From NCBI GenBank assembly GCA_002269645.1, contig NIVC01002294.1:1-64000 (forward strand): a DNA stretch of 64,000 nt, read 5' to 3'. Origin of the DNA: Macrostomum lignano. Its lineage: Eukaryota. This document shows, piece by piece, positions 1 through 11,112 of this stretch. A program made the position numbers and the translations under genes. Within the stretch, counting starts at the first letter, position 1; every line of letters starts with the position of its first letter. The notes beneath the pieces were generated by a model. That model saw only the letters and a program-made list of their open reading frames with translations, ran no database searches and was not told the origin of the DNA.

Positions 1-192
1 CAGGTTGGTGTGGGTTGGTGTGGGTTGGTGCAGGTTGGTGCAGGTTGGTGCAGGTTGGTGTGGGTTGGTGTGGGTTGGTGCAGGTTGGTGCAGGTTGGTG
101 CAGGTTGTGTGGGTTGGTGTGGTTGGTGCAGGTTGTGTGCAGGTTTGGCTGCAGGTTGGTGTGGGTTGGTGGGTTGGTGCAGGTTGGTGCAA
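1..192. repeat. 10-bp minisatellite (CAGGTTGGTG/TGGGTTGGTG), truncated by the window start
   Basis: Direct tandem units visible; ORFs in all three plus frames are repeat artefacts. Confidence 0.95.
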
Positions 193-289
193 GCTTACTA
201 TTGAACTATGATTAGCTCACCTTGATGTGGCTGATTGATCCAGCTGGCTTTACTGTTACTGATTTTGTCTAACAGTAACGCCCTATCGA

Positions 290-2040
290 CTATTTGAACC
301 CCACAAAAGACGAACGCGGAGCAAAAGCGAGGGGCAGAAAAAGACCGCGCACAGCCGGCCAGAAAGGGGAAGCGAACCCCGACACCAAGTGAAAGCAGGA
401 GGAATCTGAACAGGCCGCAGATGACCTGACCTGACCAGCGCGATGACAGCTGGCCCTTGCTCTGGCTGGACCTTGGACTCCTTGACTGACCGCCACTGGC
501 CAGCAGCTCGCAGGTCTCATGGCGCCGTCATATGCTTGATGATGAGGTTCAGCTCGGGGCTGTCCCAGTCACTCTGTCGCGAGGCTGCTGCAGCCTCACG
601 TGCTGGTCGTACTGGAGCAGCTTGCCGATGCACGAGCGTAGATGTTGAAGTTGAGTTAGCGCTCAGGCTCTTGCAGTCTGCTGTCACCGGGCGCCACCAG
701 CTGGCGGTCACCAGCAGCCGCTGCATGATGCGCGCGTTGTTGGCAGCCACCCTCTCGGCCGAAGTTGACTCCGGACAGGCTCGGCGTTGCGCCTTCAGAG
801 TCAGCGACCCTGCGTCAGCCCTCTGACGTTCCTGCGTCAGCCCTCTGACGTTCCTGCGTCAGCCCTCTGACGTTCCTGCGTCAGCCATTTGGTGTTCCTG
901 CGTCAGCCCTCTGACGTTCCTGCGTCAGCCATTTGGTGTTTCCTGCGTCAGCCCTCTGACGTTCCTGCGTCAGCCCTCTGACGTTCCTGCGTCAGCCATT
1001 TGGCGTTCCTGCGTCAGCCCTCTGACGTTCCTGCGTCAGCCCTCTGACGTTCCTGCGCGTCAGCCCTCTGACGTTCCTGCGTCAGCCATTTGGCGTTCCT
1101 GCGTCAGCCATTTGACGTTCCTGCGTCAGCCCTCTGACGTTCCTGCGTCAGCCATTTGGCGTTCCTGCGTCAGCCCTCTGACGTTCCTGCGTCAGCCATT
1201 TGGCGTTCCTGCGTCAGCCCTCTGACGTTCCTGCGTCAGCCCTCTTGACGTTCCTGCGTCAGCCCTCTGACGTTCCTGCGTCAGCCCTCTGACGTTCCTG
1301 CGTCAGCGCTCTGACGTTCCTGCGTCAGCCATTTGGCGTTCCTGCGTCAGCCATTTGGCGTTCCTGCGTCAGCCCTCTGACGTTCCTGCGTCAGCCATTT
1401 GGCGTTCCTGCGTCAGCCCTCTGACGTTCCTGCGTCAGCCATTTGGCGTTCCTGCGTCAGCCCTCTGACGTTCCTGCGTCAGCCATTTGGCGTTCCTGCG
1501 TCAGCCCTCTGACGTTCCTGCGTCAGCCATTTGGTGTTCCTGCGTCAGCCCTCTGACGTTCTGCGTCAGCCATCCTCCGACCGCTGCCTCTCGGCCAGGA
1601 AGTTTGGGATGAGCAGCGCTGAGGGGGCCGCTGTGTTCCGGCCGAATCAAGCCTCGGCTGTCGGCTCTGGTCACCGAACAGGCTGGCTGGCGAAGATTTC
1701 CTCTTCTGGCTGGCTGGGGCGATGCGAAGCCACCGCGGATCGACTGCACTTCTTCTCGTCGCTTTGGCCTCAGCCTTCTGCAGCTTCAGCAGCTCCATCC
1801 GCTTCTGAGTCTGCCGAATCTGCGCCTCTGTCGCCTCCTCCGCTGGCGCAGCTTGGCGCACGTCAGCTTCGTCCGGTCGTCGCCGCCGTAAGCCGCATGC
1901 TCGCTGGGAGCCGCTCGGCCCGGCTTGCAGCGAGCTGGAGGCCTATCAGCTCCGCTTTACTGCCACCTGTCGGTAGGGCCTTCTCGAGTAAGGCATCTTT
2001 GAGGGCCTGCACGGTCATGCTGCCTGCATGGAGTCCATTT
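290..2040 (-). mobile_element. Degenerate Gag-like ORF with N-terminal SAP motif (possibly a DIRS/Ngaro-type retroelement relic), frameshifted and split by a 22-bp array
   Basis: Minus strand from ATG 2018 reads MTVQALKDALLEKALPTGGSKAELI (SAP consensus), then a coiled coil (EAQIRQTQKRMELLKLQKAE). Across frameshifts at about 520-640 it reads KLLQYDQHVRLQQ...DWDSPELNLIIKHM, resembling the YD..FR....W...D..L motif I recall from YR-retrotransposon ORF1. Confidence 0.45.
806..1572. repeat. 22-bp minisatellite (GTTCCTGCGTCAGCCCTCTGAC / ...CCATTTGGC variants)
   Basis: About 35 tandem units with two alternating variants. Confidence 0.95.
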
Positions 2041-2109
2041 TGAATGCCCTGCTTGGCAAATCAGGCAGGCAAAACATATTTTGCCAAAATTATGCCGACT
2101 CAGCGGCCG

Positions 2110-2578
2110 CAACGCGAGTCTAAATAGTATAGACTGGAGGGGGAGACTGGAGGGGGAGACTGGGGGGAGACTGGAGGGGGAGACTGGAGGGGGAGACTGG
2201 AGGGGGAGACTGGAGGGGGAGACTGGAGGGGAGACTGGAGGGGAGACTGGAGGGGAGACTGGAGGGGGAGACTGGAGGGGCAGACTAGAGGGGGAGACTG
2301 GAGGCGGGAGACTGGAGGGGAGACTGGAGGGGGAGACTGGAGGGGAGACTGGAGGGGAGACTAGAGGGGGAGACTGGAGGGGGAGACTGGAGGGGAGACA
2401 GGGGGAGACTGGAGGGAGACTAGAGGGGGAGACTGGAGGGGGAGACTGGAGGGGAGACTGGGGGGAGACTGGAGGGGGAGACTGGAGGGGAGACTAGAGG
2501 GGGAGACTGGAGGGGAGACTGGAGGGGAGACTGGAGGGGAGACTGGAGGCGAGGGGGAGACTGGAGGAGAAGACTGGA
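2110..2578. repeat. G-rich 12-13-bp minisatellite (GGGGGAGACTGGA)
   Basis: Direct tandem units. Confidence 0.95.
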
Positions 2579-2815
2579 AAGGGAAATAGGAAGGCGAAAG
2601 TTAACATTAAATTTATAGCGACGCGTTTCGCACGAAACTGTGCATCTTCAGGCTAGGTTTTTTTTGAGCGAAAAAAACGAGTGAGAACGGCAATAAATAC
2701 AAAATTTTTGGGGTAAATTCAATCAATATTTAATATTTAATGTTCAAAGTACATGTTTATTGGTCCAAAAGTCGAGAGGCAAAGTCCAGGGACGGAATGG
2801 TAGTCGAAATAGTTA

Positions 2816-3638
2816 GAATCGCTCAGGTGATGGGGAATCGCTCAGGTGATGGGGAATCGCTCAGGTGATGGGGAATCGCTCAGGTGATGGGGAATGGCTT
2901 AGGTGATGGGGAATCGCTCAGATGATGGGGAATCGCTCAGGTGATGGGGAATCGCTCAGGTGATGGGAATCGCTCAGGTGATGGGGAATCGCTCAGATGA
3001 TGGGGAATCGTTCAGGTGATGGGGAATCGCTCAGGTGATGGGGAATCGCTCAGGTGATGGGGAATCGCTCAGGTGATGGGGAATCGCTCAGGTGATGGGG
3101 AATCGCTCAGGTGATGGGGAATCGCTCAGGTGATGGGGAATCGCTCAGGTGATGAGGAATCGCTCAGGTGATGGGGAATCGCTCAGGTGATGGGGAATCG
3201 CTCAGGTGATGGGAATCGCTCAGGTGATGGGGAATCGCTCAGGTGATGAGGAATCGCTCAGGTGATGGGGAATCGCTCAGGTGATGGGGAATCGCTCAGG
3301 TGATGGGGAATCGCTCAGGTGATGGGAATCGCTCAGGTGATGGGGAATCGCTCAGGTGATGGGGAATGGCTTAGGTGATGGGGAATCGCTCAGGTGATGG
3401 GGAATCGCTCAGGTGATGGGGAATCGCTCAGGTGATGGGGAATCGCTCAGGTGATGGGGAATCGCTCAGGTGATGGGGAATCGCTCAGGTGATGGGGAAT
3501 CGCTCAGGTGATGGGGAATCGCTCAGGTGATGGGGAATCGCTCGGTGAGGGAATCGCTCAGGTGATGGGGAATCGCTCAGGTGATGGGGAATCGCTCAGG
3601 TGATGGGGAATCGCTCAGGTGATGGGGAATCGCTCAGA
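2816..3638. repeat. 19-bp minisatellite (AATCGCTCAGGTGATGGGG)
   Basis: About 43 units; the same unit occurs inverted at 10938-11112. Confidence 0.95.
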
Positions 3639-3923
3639 TCAATTATGTTTTCAATATCAAAAAGGAAAACTCATTTTATAAATTGTTCGTGAAATTAAAA
3701 CTATATATAAACCACAATTACATAAAACTATACGAGAAATAAACGAGTTGAGCAAATACAGGTGCAAAGCAGTTCACGGCGGAATTTACTAGGATACTAA
3801 AATTCAATTTTTTTCACGCATGTGGCACTAAACATTCTGTAGTCGATATTAAAAAATAGTTATAATAGTTATAAAAACACTTATAGTTACAGAGTCATCT
3901 AGGTATAACTGTATAGCTTCTCA

Positions 3924-4125
3924 GCTCAGCAGCTGTCAGCGGTAGCTCAGCAGCTGTCAGCGGTAGCTCAGCCAGCTGTCAGCGGTAGCTCAGCAGCTGT
4001 CAGCGGTAGCTCAGCAGCTGTCAGCGGTAGCTCAGCAGCTGTCAGCGGTAGCTCAGCAGCTGTCAGCGGTAGCTCAGCCAGCTGTCAGCGGTAGCTCAGC
4101 AGCTGTCAGCGGTTAGCTCAGCAGC
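3924..4125. repeat. 21-bp minisatellite (GCTCAGCAGCTGTCAGCGGTA) overlapping the stop codon of the Ly6-like gene
   Basis: About 9 units; the first unit on the minus strand contains CTG CTG AGC TAA. Confidence 0.9.
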
Positions 4126-7100
4126 ATCACGCAGAAAACGACAGCGGCGGCGGCAGCGGCGGTGAAGGCGCGGCTTCCCAGCCGGCTTCCGGAGTTGCAG
4201 AGGTCGGTGAAGCAGGTGCGGCAGGTCGTGGTGTCGCTGCTGAACGAGCAGTTTCCGCAGCCGGCAAAGAAGAACTGATGAAGCAGGGGAAAATAGAGGC
4301 TTTGTGATTTTTTTGCCACTCTCTATGAAGAGTTTTTCGAGTGCGAGCTCACCTCAGTCATGCCGAAATTATAGGAGTAGCTGTAGTGAAAGCAGCTGGT
4401 GGATGAAGGACAGTCCAGCTCCTTTTTATCCTTCCGACTGCCGCCGAAGCTGGAGTAGCAGGTGATGCGGCTCTGAGCCGAGTTGCAGTAGTTCGAGTGG
4501 CAGGTGCGGCAGGTGGAGCCGTCGCTGCCTCCGCTGAACGGGCAGCTGCCGCAGCCGGAGATGTAAAACTGCAGTGGCAGGGGTGGGGTGCAGTGTGGCA
4601 GGGGTGGGGTGCAGTGTGGCAGGGGTGGGGGTGCAGTGTGGCAGGGGTGGGGATGCAGTGTGGCAGGGGTGGGGATGCAGTGTGGCAGGGGTGGGGGTGC
4701 AGTGTGGCAGGATTGGGGTTGCAGTGTGGCAGGGGTGGGGTGCAGTGTGGCAGGGGTGGGGTTGCAGTGTGGCAGGGTGGGGGTGCAGTGTGGCAGGGGT
4801 GCAGTGTGGCAGGGGTGGGGGTGCAGTGTGGCAGGGGTGCAGTGTGGCAGGATTGGGGTTGCAGTGTGGCAGGGGTGGGGGTGCAGTGTGGCAGGGGTGG
4901 GGATGCAGTGTGGCAGGATTGGGGTTGCAGTGTGGCAGGGGTGGGGGTGCAGTGTGCAGGGGTGGGGATGCAGTGTGGCAGGATTGGGGTTGCAGTGTGG
5001 CAGGGGTGGGGGTGCAGTGTGGCAGGATTGGGGTTGCAGTGTGGCAGGGGTGCAGTGTGGCAGGATTGGGGTTGCAGTGTGGCAGGGTGCAGTGTGGCAC
5101 TGGTGGGTGGAACTGCATTGGGTTCTGACGTGTGGGCCCACCAGCACACCAAATGCCGCAGGACTCACCCTGTCCGAGCCGGATTTGAAGGTGTAGTCAA
5201 AGCAGCTGCTGTAGGATGGGCAGCTGGTTTTCTGCTGTTCTGTTTTCTTATTTTTGCTGAAGCTCTGGTAGCAGCCGATGCCCGACGCGGTGATCGCAGG
5301 ATTCGCTGTTGGGTTCGATTGACCTGGCGGCGGCGTGCTGAGGGTGGCTGGCAGGCTGCTGCTGCTACTGGCAGGTGCGTTTGATGGCGGCGTGCTGAGG
5401 GTGGCTGGCAGGCTGCTGCCGCCACTGTTGGCAGGTGCGTTGCAGTTGCTGGTGTTGCAGGAGATGCAGCCGTAGAGAGCAGTTGATGTGGGGGTGCAGA
5501 CGCCGCAGCCGCTCACGGGTGTCTCGAATTGATTATTGGAAAATGTCTGAAAGGACGCGAAGTGGGTAAAGGCCAGCTCACATGACCGCTGCTGGCTTGT
5601 GATCAAAGCTTGCTCAATTCAATGAGCACTTGATTCTGACCCCTTTTTGTTGATCATCTGAGGGGAATGATGCTGACAGGGAATGATGCTGATAGGGAAT
5701 GATGCTGATGGGGAATGATGCTGATAGGGAATGATGCTGATAGGGAATGATGCTGATGGGAATGATGCTCATAGGAATGATGCTGATAGGAAAAGATGCT
5801 GATGGGGAATGATTCTGACAGGGAGATTAGAGTTTTCCCTGTGTATTGAATTTCTGTGGTTTAATGCGAGCCTAATTCTGACAGGAAAATGTCTTTATTG
5901 ACAGAAAATTTAACTGACTGGAACTGGGATTTCCATAACTGGATTTCCATAACTGGGATTTCGCTGTCTGCCCCGAATAGGATGGGGTCGCATAGTCAAT
6001 ATTTATAATTCAGCCTGACAATGGTCTGTAAAAAGCCCCCAACTCGCCATGAAAGGCTAAACGAGCTAAGCCTTCACAATGATATCTGGCCAGCTGCAGA
6101 ATTATCAATAACTTACGATCGGCTTGGTCAGAGTGTAGCAGCTTTTAATTCCTCCGGTGCAAGCCACAGTAATGGCACGCGTATAGCCATGATTAGACAA
6201 GAGGCTGTAGCAGGTGTGGCCACTCCTGTCAGCCGTGTTGCAGTTGTCGGTGGCGCAGTTCACACAGGATGGCATGGCGTCTGCGCTGCAGCTTCCGCAG
6301 CCGTAATCGTATAATGCGTTGTATGTATTCTGTGGTGTCCAAGTGCAATGAACTTCTTAGCGTTTTTATGTCTATGCGGAATATAAAAGAGCAAAGCAAA
6401 CTCCAACCCAGACAGCTCATACCGAAGCCATGGTTGAGTAGCAGGAAGTCATTCCAGACGGACAGGCCACCGCGTTTCCGTGGCTAAACATAACGACCGA
6501 GTCATAATGTGTTTGAATATTGCAGCTGATGGCTGAAGGCGTGACCGTGTTGCACAGGTCGGTGCTGCAGGTCGCACATGCCGGTTGACCAGTGGAGTTG
6601 CAGGCACCGCAGCCAGAAGTGAACTGCAAAATTTCGGAACATTGGACTTCAGAGTTAGTTTTGTATTTACGGAAACCCATGGCTGCCCACTTGACGGCAT
6701 CTGAGGGAGCAGCACGCAGGCAAAATGCAATTCGGATGAGGACGCCTGGCAGCTTCTTGAGTTGCGAAGAATTGCGAAGTCTGCAAGCAGAGCAACCCCC
6801 GAATGCGCAACCCTTCTTGCACTGAGCATCTGAAAATCATGCATACAGTACATGCTCCAAGTACTTCTTCAAGTACTGCTACGTGCGCTGATCATAGCGA
6901 TTAAGGATCCTCTGAAGTCTTCTGGTTGGGGTTGCAGATTCCCTATAGACGCACTAAGCTGAGTCCCAGCTTTGGCTATAGACCTCTGCTTGCTCAAGCC
7001 CTCCTGATCACCAATTAGCTGTAGGCAGCTCTGTGCTTGCTCAAGCCCTCCCGATCACCAATTAGCTGTAGGCAGCTCTGTGCTTGCTCAAGCCCTCCCG

Positions 7101-9847
7101 ATCACCAATTAGCTGTAGGCAGCTCTGTGCTTGCTCAAGCCCTCCCGATCACCAATTAGCTGTAGGCAGCTCTGTGCTTGCTCAAGCCCTCCCGATCACC
7201 AATTAGCTGTAGGCAGCTCTGTGCTTGCTCAAGCCCTCCCGATCACCAATTAGCTGTAGGCAGCTCTGTGCTTGCTCAAGCCCTCCCGATCACCAATTAG
7301 CTGTAGGCAGCTCTGTGCTTGCTCAAGCCCTCCGATCACCATGCCAGAGCCCTCACTTCGCTAGAGTGGGAAATGACGGAGCACCCGCTATGACGTATGA
7401 TGGCAGCCTCTGAAGTTCCTTCAGTCTCTGAGACCAGCAAGGGCAAAGGGTTAATACAGAAAAGTTCTGCCCCTGGCCCCAGGTCGATCCAATTCATTCA
7501 CCAGGGCGAACTAAAGTGCTACTATGCTACTGTTGAGATGGCATACTATCTCATAGCATACTGAGATAGCCATTGTATTGACAGGATGTGTGCTCGATAC
7601 CTGAAAATGCGATCACTGATTCTGCAAGCAGCACTAAACTAGTCCTTGCCAGCCATTGTACTGTCTGCACTATCGGGGAGATGGCTTCGATTGGTACCTT
7701 AATTGAAAATTACGAGCATATGTAGCAAATTTTCTTAAGAGCATCTCACACTGATACTCGTAGAAGAAGAAGTTCCAAGACGGCGATAGGAGAAGCACGA
7801 CGTGACTCCTGTTGGGCATGCAACCGCAGTTCCATTGCTCAGTGATCCACCGGGTCCACCGGTAGCCCAGTGGAGCCAGCGTAGCAGCTGATGGCCGATG
7901 AGGCCATTGTGTTGCAGTACGCAGAGTTGCATGTGACGCACGAGGGATCGTCCCGTGTGCGGCAGTCACCGCAGCCAGCGTAGCTGGACGATCCCTGGGA
8001 GTTGAGGGTGAATGAAAATGGTGTGAAAGATCTAAGCTGAAAGCAAGTCGATGTGCTGCTGAGGTGCGTCTGTGCTGATGCAGCTTACCGACATGTACGA
8101 GTAACAGGTGGCCACCCCAGAATGACATGTGACCTTCGTTCCATTGTCATTTGCACTGTAGTGCACGCCACTGCGGTAGAAACAGCTGATGCTTGAGGGA
8201 GAGACCGTATTGCAGAAGTCAGAGCTGCACACTTGACAGTCCATTCCCAACGTGCAGATGGTGTTGCTGCATCCACCAGAATAGTACTCTTGGAGCCCGG
8301 TGCAGCTGCTGCAGCCGGCAAAACGCTGAAAGCGCGTAAAATTATTAAAATAGACAGCTCTGATGGTATTTCACAAGTTGCTAAGAAAACTTTACGAAGC
8401 AGAAGTGAAACAGTCAGGAATCGAATTTCACGAAGTGCAAATCAAAAAGTGTCGAACGCGACAAGCAGAGCTCAGTTCGGTGAGAAACTTGAAAATTTCA
8501 ATCTTGCTAGAAGATTTGCCGCCTGCTTCATAATCTATTTCTTTCAAATTCAATTTCTTTCAATTTCTAAAGCCTGTAAACTCTCAGAACCAAAGACTAA
8601 GAAAGATGACTTTACATCATCACCAACTCAACTCAACTCAATTTACCAATATCCTTTATCCACTTTCTTCACAGCTGTGGCTTGCCAGTCTTTCGTGTGC
8701 TCATTTCGCATCAAAGCCCATAAATTTTTTGCAATAAAAACTCTGCACAGACTGATCGGAAGTTGTTAACCATGGAAACAATTTCTGGCTGCTTTTCGCA
8801 CTGCTGTGCGAATTCCACTGTACAGCAGAGCAGCCAAGGAGGGAGGGAACCCCGACAATTTTTGCCGCCCCGAAATGTAGCAACGCAGGCATGCGGAATT
8901 CAAGAACACGGGCTAACTGTGTTTTCATAACTTCCTCTGTGCGCCAATCAGCAATCACCAGTGCATTGCTATACGGCACTGATGCGCGGACTGACCAACA
9001 ATGCAACTTGACCACGTCTGGTTCGTGCAGCCACGCCCATTGACACTCGGGCCACAGCGCTGCTGCACTGCCAGCCCGTGCTTCAGTGCCTCAGTGCTTC
9101 CGCGCGTACTTGAATAAAACCACATCCGACCCCTTCTGCTTTAGCTGTCCTTATGAGTGCGCGCGTACTTGAATAAAACCACAACCGACCCCTTCTGCTT
9201 TAGCTGACCTTATGAGTGCACGCGTACTTGAATAAAACCACAACCGACCCCTTCTGCTTTAGCTGACCTTATGAGTGCACGCGTACTTGAATAAAACCAC
9301 AACCGACCCCTTCTGCTTTAGCTGTCCTTATGAGTGCACGCGTACTTGAATAAAACCACAACCGACCCCTTCTGCTTTAGCTGACCTTATGAGTGCACGC
9401 GTACTTGAATAAAACCACAACCGACCCCTTCTGCTTTAGCTGTCCTTATGAGTGCACGCGTACTTGAATAAAACCACAACCGACCCCTTCTGCTTTAGCT
9501 GTCCTTATGAGTGCACGCGTACTTGAATAAAACGACGGCAGATACGGTAAATCAAAAGTGAAGTCAAAGCCAAACAAGCCACTCTGTGACATTTCTCATT
9601 TGACCTTACCTCGAGGCCTTTCGAATACGAATAGCAGTAGGGGAAGTCTCCACAGGAAATCGCAGTCCGGTTGCTTTCGTCTGTGCTTCCGCTGCGGCTG
9701 AAGCAGCTGATGGCGAGGCCGCCGTCTGCAATGCGAGAATGGTCACCTGAGCTGCATGAAGTGCATTTGCTAATTGCTATTCGAGCAGAATGCCAATTTA
9801 CCTGTGCAGACAGCGGCTGTAATGAGCAGCAGCAAGAGTCTGGCCAT
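4113..9847 (-). CDS. Secreted, GPI-anchored protein with about 7 tandem Ly6/uPAR(three-finger)-like Cys-rich modules, about 611 aa, 9 exons
   Basis: Exons (minus): 9847-9802, 9746-9610, 8325-8089, 7994-7750, 6623-6423, 6329-6117, 5546-5169, 4568-4353, 4274-4113, all GT-AG. Signal peptide MARLLLLLITAAVCTG; repeated module (I)SCY-x-C-x4-5-CY...GCGxC-x-CxxCxxxxCN; hydrophobic C-terminus NSGSRLGSRAFTAAAAAAVVFCVMLLS*. Exon 4 is 1 nt short (frameshift at about 7866). Confidence 0.85.
4572..5100. repeat. About 20-21-bp minisatellite (GCAGTGTGGCAGGGGTGGGG[GT]T) filling intron 7 of the Ly6-like gene
   Basis: Array runs to within a few nt of the AG acceptor at 4570-4569. Confidence 0.95.
5660..5825. 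repeat. 16-17-bp minisatellite (GGGAATGATGCTGATAG), Ly6-like intron 6
   Basis: About 9 units. Confidence 0.85.
7005..7342. repeat. 47-bp minisatellite, Ly6-like intron 4
   Basis: Period 47 (GGCAGCTCTG at 7024 and 7071); about 7 units. Confidence 0.95.
9100..9532. repeat. 59-bp minisatellite, Ly6-like intron 2
   Basis: Period 59, about 7 near-identical units, no spacers. Confidence 0.95.
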
Positions 9848-10337
9848 GCTGATGTAGCAGTTGAGAGTTAGAAATCAGTTAGATAGCTCGCCCTGCAGCC
9901 CCATAGCCTTCTCAAGACCATAGTGTCTTTTTAAGGCTGCTCCATGGACTCATTTTATAGAGAACTCCAGCCACTTCTTGCAGCCCATTTTTGACAAAAA
10001 CAAACAGGACCAATTTTCAGTTACGATGCATTCTCTGAAGGTCATTTATTCATTTATGTTGGCACGGCACTTGCTAAACCTCATCGCAGAAAATAGAGCT
10101 GCATTTATTGCATTCAGCTGTCTTACAGGGTTGCAGTTGGGGCCTGTTACCTCACCCTGTCTCAAACCATTTGCCATCCTACCAGTGACTTTAAAAATGC
10201 TGTGCTATTTTTGTCTGTGACGAAGGGCGGGACATGTCAGAGCAAAAAATCATGGATGCTCAGTCAGGACAGGGCACTAAAATGGATGTTTCAGGGCACT
10301 GAAGCAGGACAGATTGGATGGCAGAATCTACTTTTTT

Positions 10338-10540
10338 GGGACTGGAGTGGCTGCTGTGTGACTGGAGTGGCTGATGTGTGGCTGGAGTGGCTACTATGTG
10401 ACTGGAGTGGCTGCTGTGTGACTGGAGTGGCTGCTGTGTGACTGGAGTGGCTGCTGTGTGACTGGAGTGGCTGCTGTGTGACTGGAGTGGCTGCTGTGTG
10501 ACTAGAGTGGCTACTGTGTGACTGGAGTGGTTTCTGTGTG
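10338..10540. repeat. 20-bp minisatellite (GACTGGAGTGGCTGCTGTGT)
   Basis: About 10 units. Confidence 0.9.
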
Positions 10541-10937
10541 AATGCTGATTTCTGTATGGCCTTGATTCGCTCACATTGCAGTCTCGCCCTCCTGATGACT
10601 CTGTGAGCTGCTCATTGTGCATGGAGCTGAGCTGTGGAGACAGAGTGCAGATAGCTGCATGGTGTTTTTCATGACCTGCAGGCAGGTGCAAAAAACACGT
10701 CATCGCTAAAATTGCATCATGCCTATTTTCGTGATTCGCGGAGATTTCCGAGCTCGCCTCAATCTACTCAGCCTCCAAAAGGTTCGAGGTGCCTTGAGCC
10801 GTTTTATGGCGGCAGAATTTGAAACTGCATGACAGAGTTTGAATGCACTCGATGGCCTTTATGCGCAGCTCACCTTGGCTGCCACCTGCTTCTGACTTGG
10901 CCTCTGCAGCATGGCCTCTGCAGCATGCTGTAGACTC

Positions 10938-11112
10938 ACCCCATCACCTGAGCGATTCCCCATCACCTGAGCGATTCCCCATCACCTGAGCGATTGCCCA
11001 TCACCTGAGCGATTCCCCATCACCTGAGCGATTCCCCATCACCTGAGCGATTCCCCATCACCTGAGCGATTCCCCATCACCTGAGCGATTCCCCATCATC
11101 TGAGCGATTCTT
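10938..11112. repeat. 19-bp minisatellite (CCCCATCACCTGAGCGATT), reverse complement of the 2816-3638 unit
   Basis: About 9 units. Confidence 0.95.

Noticed and set aside
1-192. Telomere-like G-rich repeat at the window start
   Set aside because: The unit is a 10-mer (CAGGTTGGTG), not TTAGGG-type; it behaves like the other minisatellites.
8760-9090. Extra Cys-containing exon of the Ly6-like gene (RCGPSVNGRGCTNQTWSSC...)
   Set aside because: No clean in-phase splice sites, and exon 2 splices in frame directly to 8325; at most a decayed module.
9100-9532. CRISPR-like regular repeats (also the 62-bp array at 58815-59435 and the 43-47-bp arrays)
   Set aside because: Units are head-to-tail with no unique spacers, there are no cas genes, and the context is eukaryotic and intronic.
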